Source: Candidatus Latescibacterota bacterium (GTDB lineage Bacteria; Latescibacterota; UBA2968; SICM01). From it: DNA of 64,000 nucleotides. This document shows, one piece after another, positions 62,401 through 64,000 of the stretch. The notes below the pieces were generated by a model, which was given only the letters and a program-made list of their open reading frames with translations, made no database searches and had not been told where the DNA came from. Each line of letters starts with the position of its first letter. The first letter of the stretch is position 1. The position numbers and the translations under genes are program-made. The DNA lies in NCBI GenBank assembly GCA_965217865.1, contig CBDCJO010000002.1:3200001-3264000 (forward strand). Reading direction: 5' to 3'.

Positions 62401-63400
62401 TCAATTGATCTTCGGGTCAACCGGATAGTCGTGGAGGATCACGCCGCCCCCTTCCGTTACCCGGTAGACGTCCTCAAAGCGCACACCGCCAATCTCTGGA
62501 ATCGCCAGTATCGTGTGACCGATCGTCATTGTCATATCTGCCCGTATCTGCGTTTTTCGATGAGCCGGAATAATCGTCGACGCCGGATTTTCTTCGAAAC
62601 GCAGGCCGATACCGTGAGAAACCCCGTTGATGTGATATTGCTCCAGGTCATGCCGAACACATACTTCTGCGCCTACAGCGTCCAGATCGGAGACCGTCAC
62701 TCCCGGCTTCAGTATCTTCCACGTCGCTTCGCGAATCTCGTTGTAGGTATCGAGCAGCAGTTGTTCCTGCTCACCCGCATCACCCATGACAAATGTGCGA
62801 GCCAGATTTGCGCAGTAGCCTTCGAACAGCGGGGTCAAGTCTACGACGACGAGGTCCCCCGCCTCAATCGGTGTCCGGTCAACTTTCCCGTGAATCCAGG
62901 AGCTGCGAAGCCCCGAGTTTATATAGATCGGCGTGCTCGTTCCGTCAGCCCCCGCTTTCATCATGGTGTAGAGCGCTTCGGTTGCGATTTCATGACCGGT
63001 AGCCCCTGGTTTCAAGAGTTCCCGAACACGATCCATCCCGATTGCGGCAATGGCCTGCGTACGCTTCATCAGTTCGATCTCGTCCGGCTCTTTGACCATG
63101 CGTAGTTCGTCCATCACGGGATCAGAGGAAACCAGATCGACCTGAGGGTTGACCTTTCTAAACAGGTCGACAAGAAACGCGGGCGTGTGAAACCACAGTT
63201 GCATTCCCACCCGTGGCCTGCCGCTCGCCGGCAACTTAATTCCAGGCGGTGGGCCGCCATAGAGTTCACGAAACGTTTCTCTGACGTTAGAAATCTGCTC
63301 GCCCACATGGCTAAATACTTTGAACGATTCATCACCGAGTTCACGGCGTAAATCGGCTTCCTCGCCCGCAAATCCAACAAAGACCGGTGAACCGCTAGCC
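62401..63400 (-). pseudogene. Xaa-Pro aminopeptidase (M24), N-terminus replaced
   Basis: LRMVKEPDEIELM, VVVDL, YCANLART, HGIGL, GGVRFED. Confidence 0.8.
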
Positions 63401-63574
63401 GGTATTCTGGCGTGGGTCAGTGGCGAGCTCGAGACAGCGTTGAGGGCACAGATCCGGCCCGTGTGCGACTTTCTTTCTGAATCCGGGAAAAGGGGGACGC
63501 GACCTCCACAAAACGGGCGGCACGTGGGCGAAGTGAGAAGGTCCCGGTCCCGTGGATTTGCGGCCCGGGACCCC

Positions 63575-63700
63575 ACTCGTGATCGGGGTCGAGCATCTCG
63601 AGAGCCCGAGCTTCGGCTTCCTCGCGAGTCATCCCACCCTCATGCTCCATGATCCCCGCGCGTTCATCGAACGCCTTGATGTCATCCTCCGTAGATGTCG
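63575..63700 (-). pseudogene. Phage/plasmid replication-associated helical fragment
   Basis: AFDERAGIMEHEGGMTREEAEARA motif. Confidence 0.5.
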
Positions 63701-64000
63701 CCGCAGTGTTGGGGGGATCAAAGCGTGACACCGTGACATTCTTTTGTTTACAAGGACTTACATGATGTTCAAAGCGTGACATCGTACCATCCATGTCACG
63801 CTTTGAAGGGGGAGATATGTGCGCGTTCGGCTTGGAAACATCGTCCGAGTCGTCCTCCATGTAGCTATCCCATGCAGAGAAGAACGCTTCCCACAGGTAG
63901 CCCTTTCCCCTTGCCGGCCCATCCAGACCACGCAGATATTGATAGGGGATCATAAATTCTGGGCTTTTCACGGGACACCATCTGTACCAGCTAATGCCGG

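Overview
This window is a heavily eroded accessory hotspot with no housekeeping genes, rRNA, tRNA or CRISPR array. Three layers can be read from the sequence. (1) Remnants of integron gene-cassette arrays without an integrase (CALIN-like). About 11 attC or half-attC sites occur on both strands. Several cassettes have an R'' that is complementary to their own 5' R' over 9-10 bp. Cassette genes include HAD hydrolases, SAM methyltransferases, a GNAT and a dienelactone hydrolase. (2) Many IS elements: four near-identical IS1182-family copies, one complete IS3, remnants of IS3/IS256/IS4/IS30/IS481/IS1380/IS21, and two unrelated intact IS110-family recombinases. Each IS110 sits inside an attC of the same array, one immediately before R' and one immediately after R''. 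The downstream non-coding end of the second carries a duplicated motif containing the target octamer CGCCTAAC (candidate bridge/seek RNA). (3) Defence and MGE genes, mostly as 50-700 bp fragments spliced end to end: type I-G Cas3, Dcm+NotI-like, HsdM, HsdS, MmeI-like, AbiJ, HigBA, DUF6088, serine and tyrosine recombinases, RepA, QatB. Apparently intact survivors include QatA, a type ISP restriction-modification enzyme, and an uncharacterised overlapping gene pair at 57.4-61.0 kb. All family calls come from motif recognition, not database searches.
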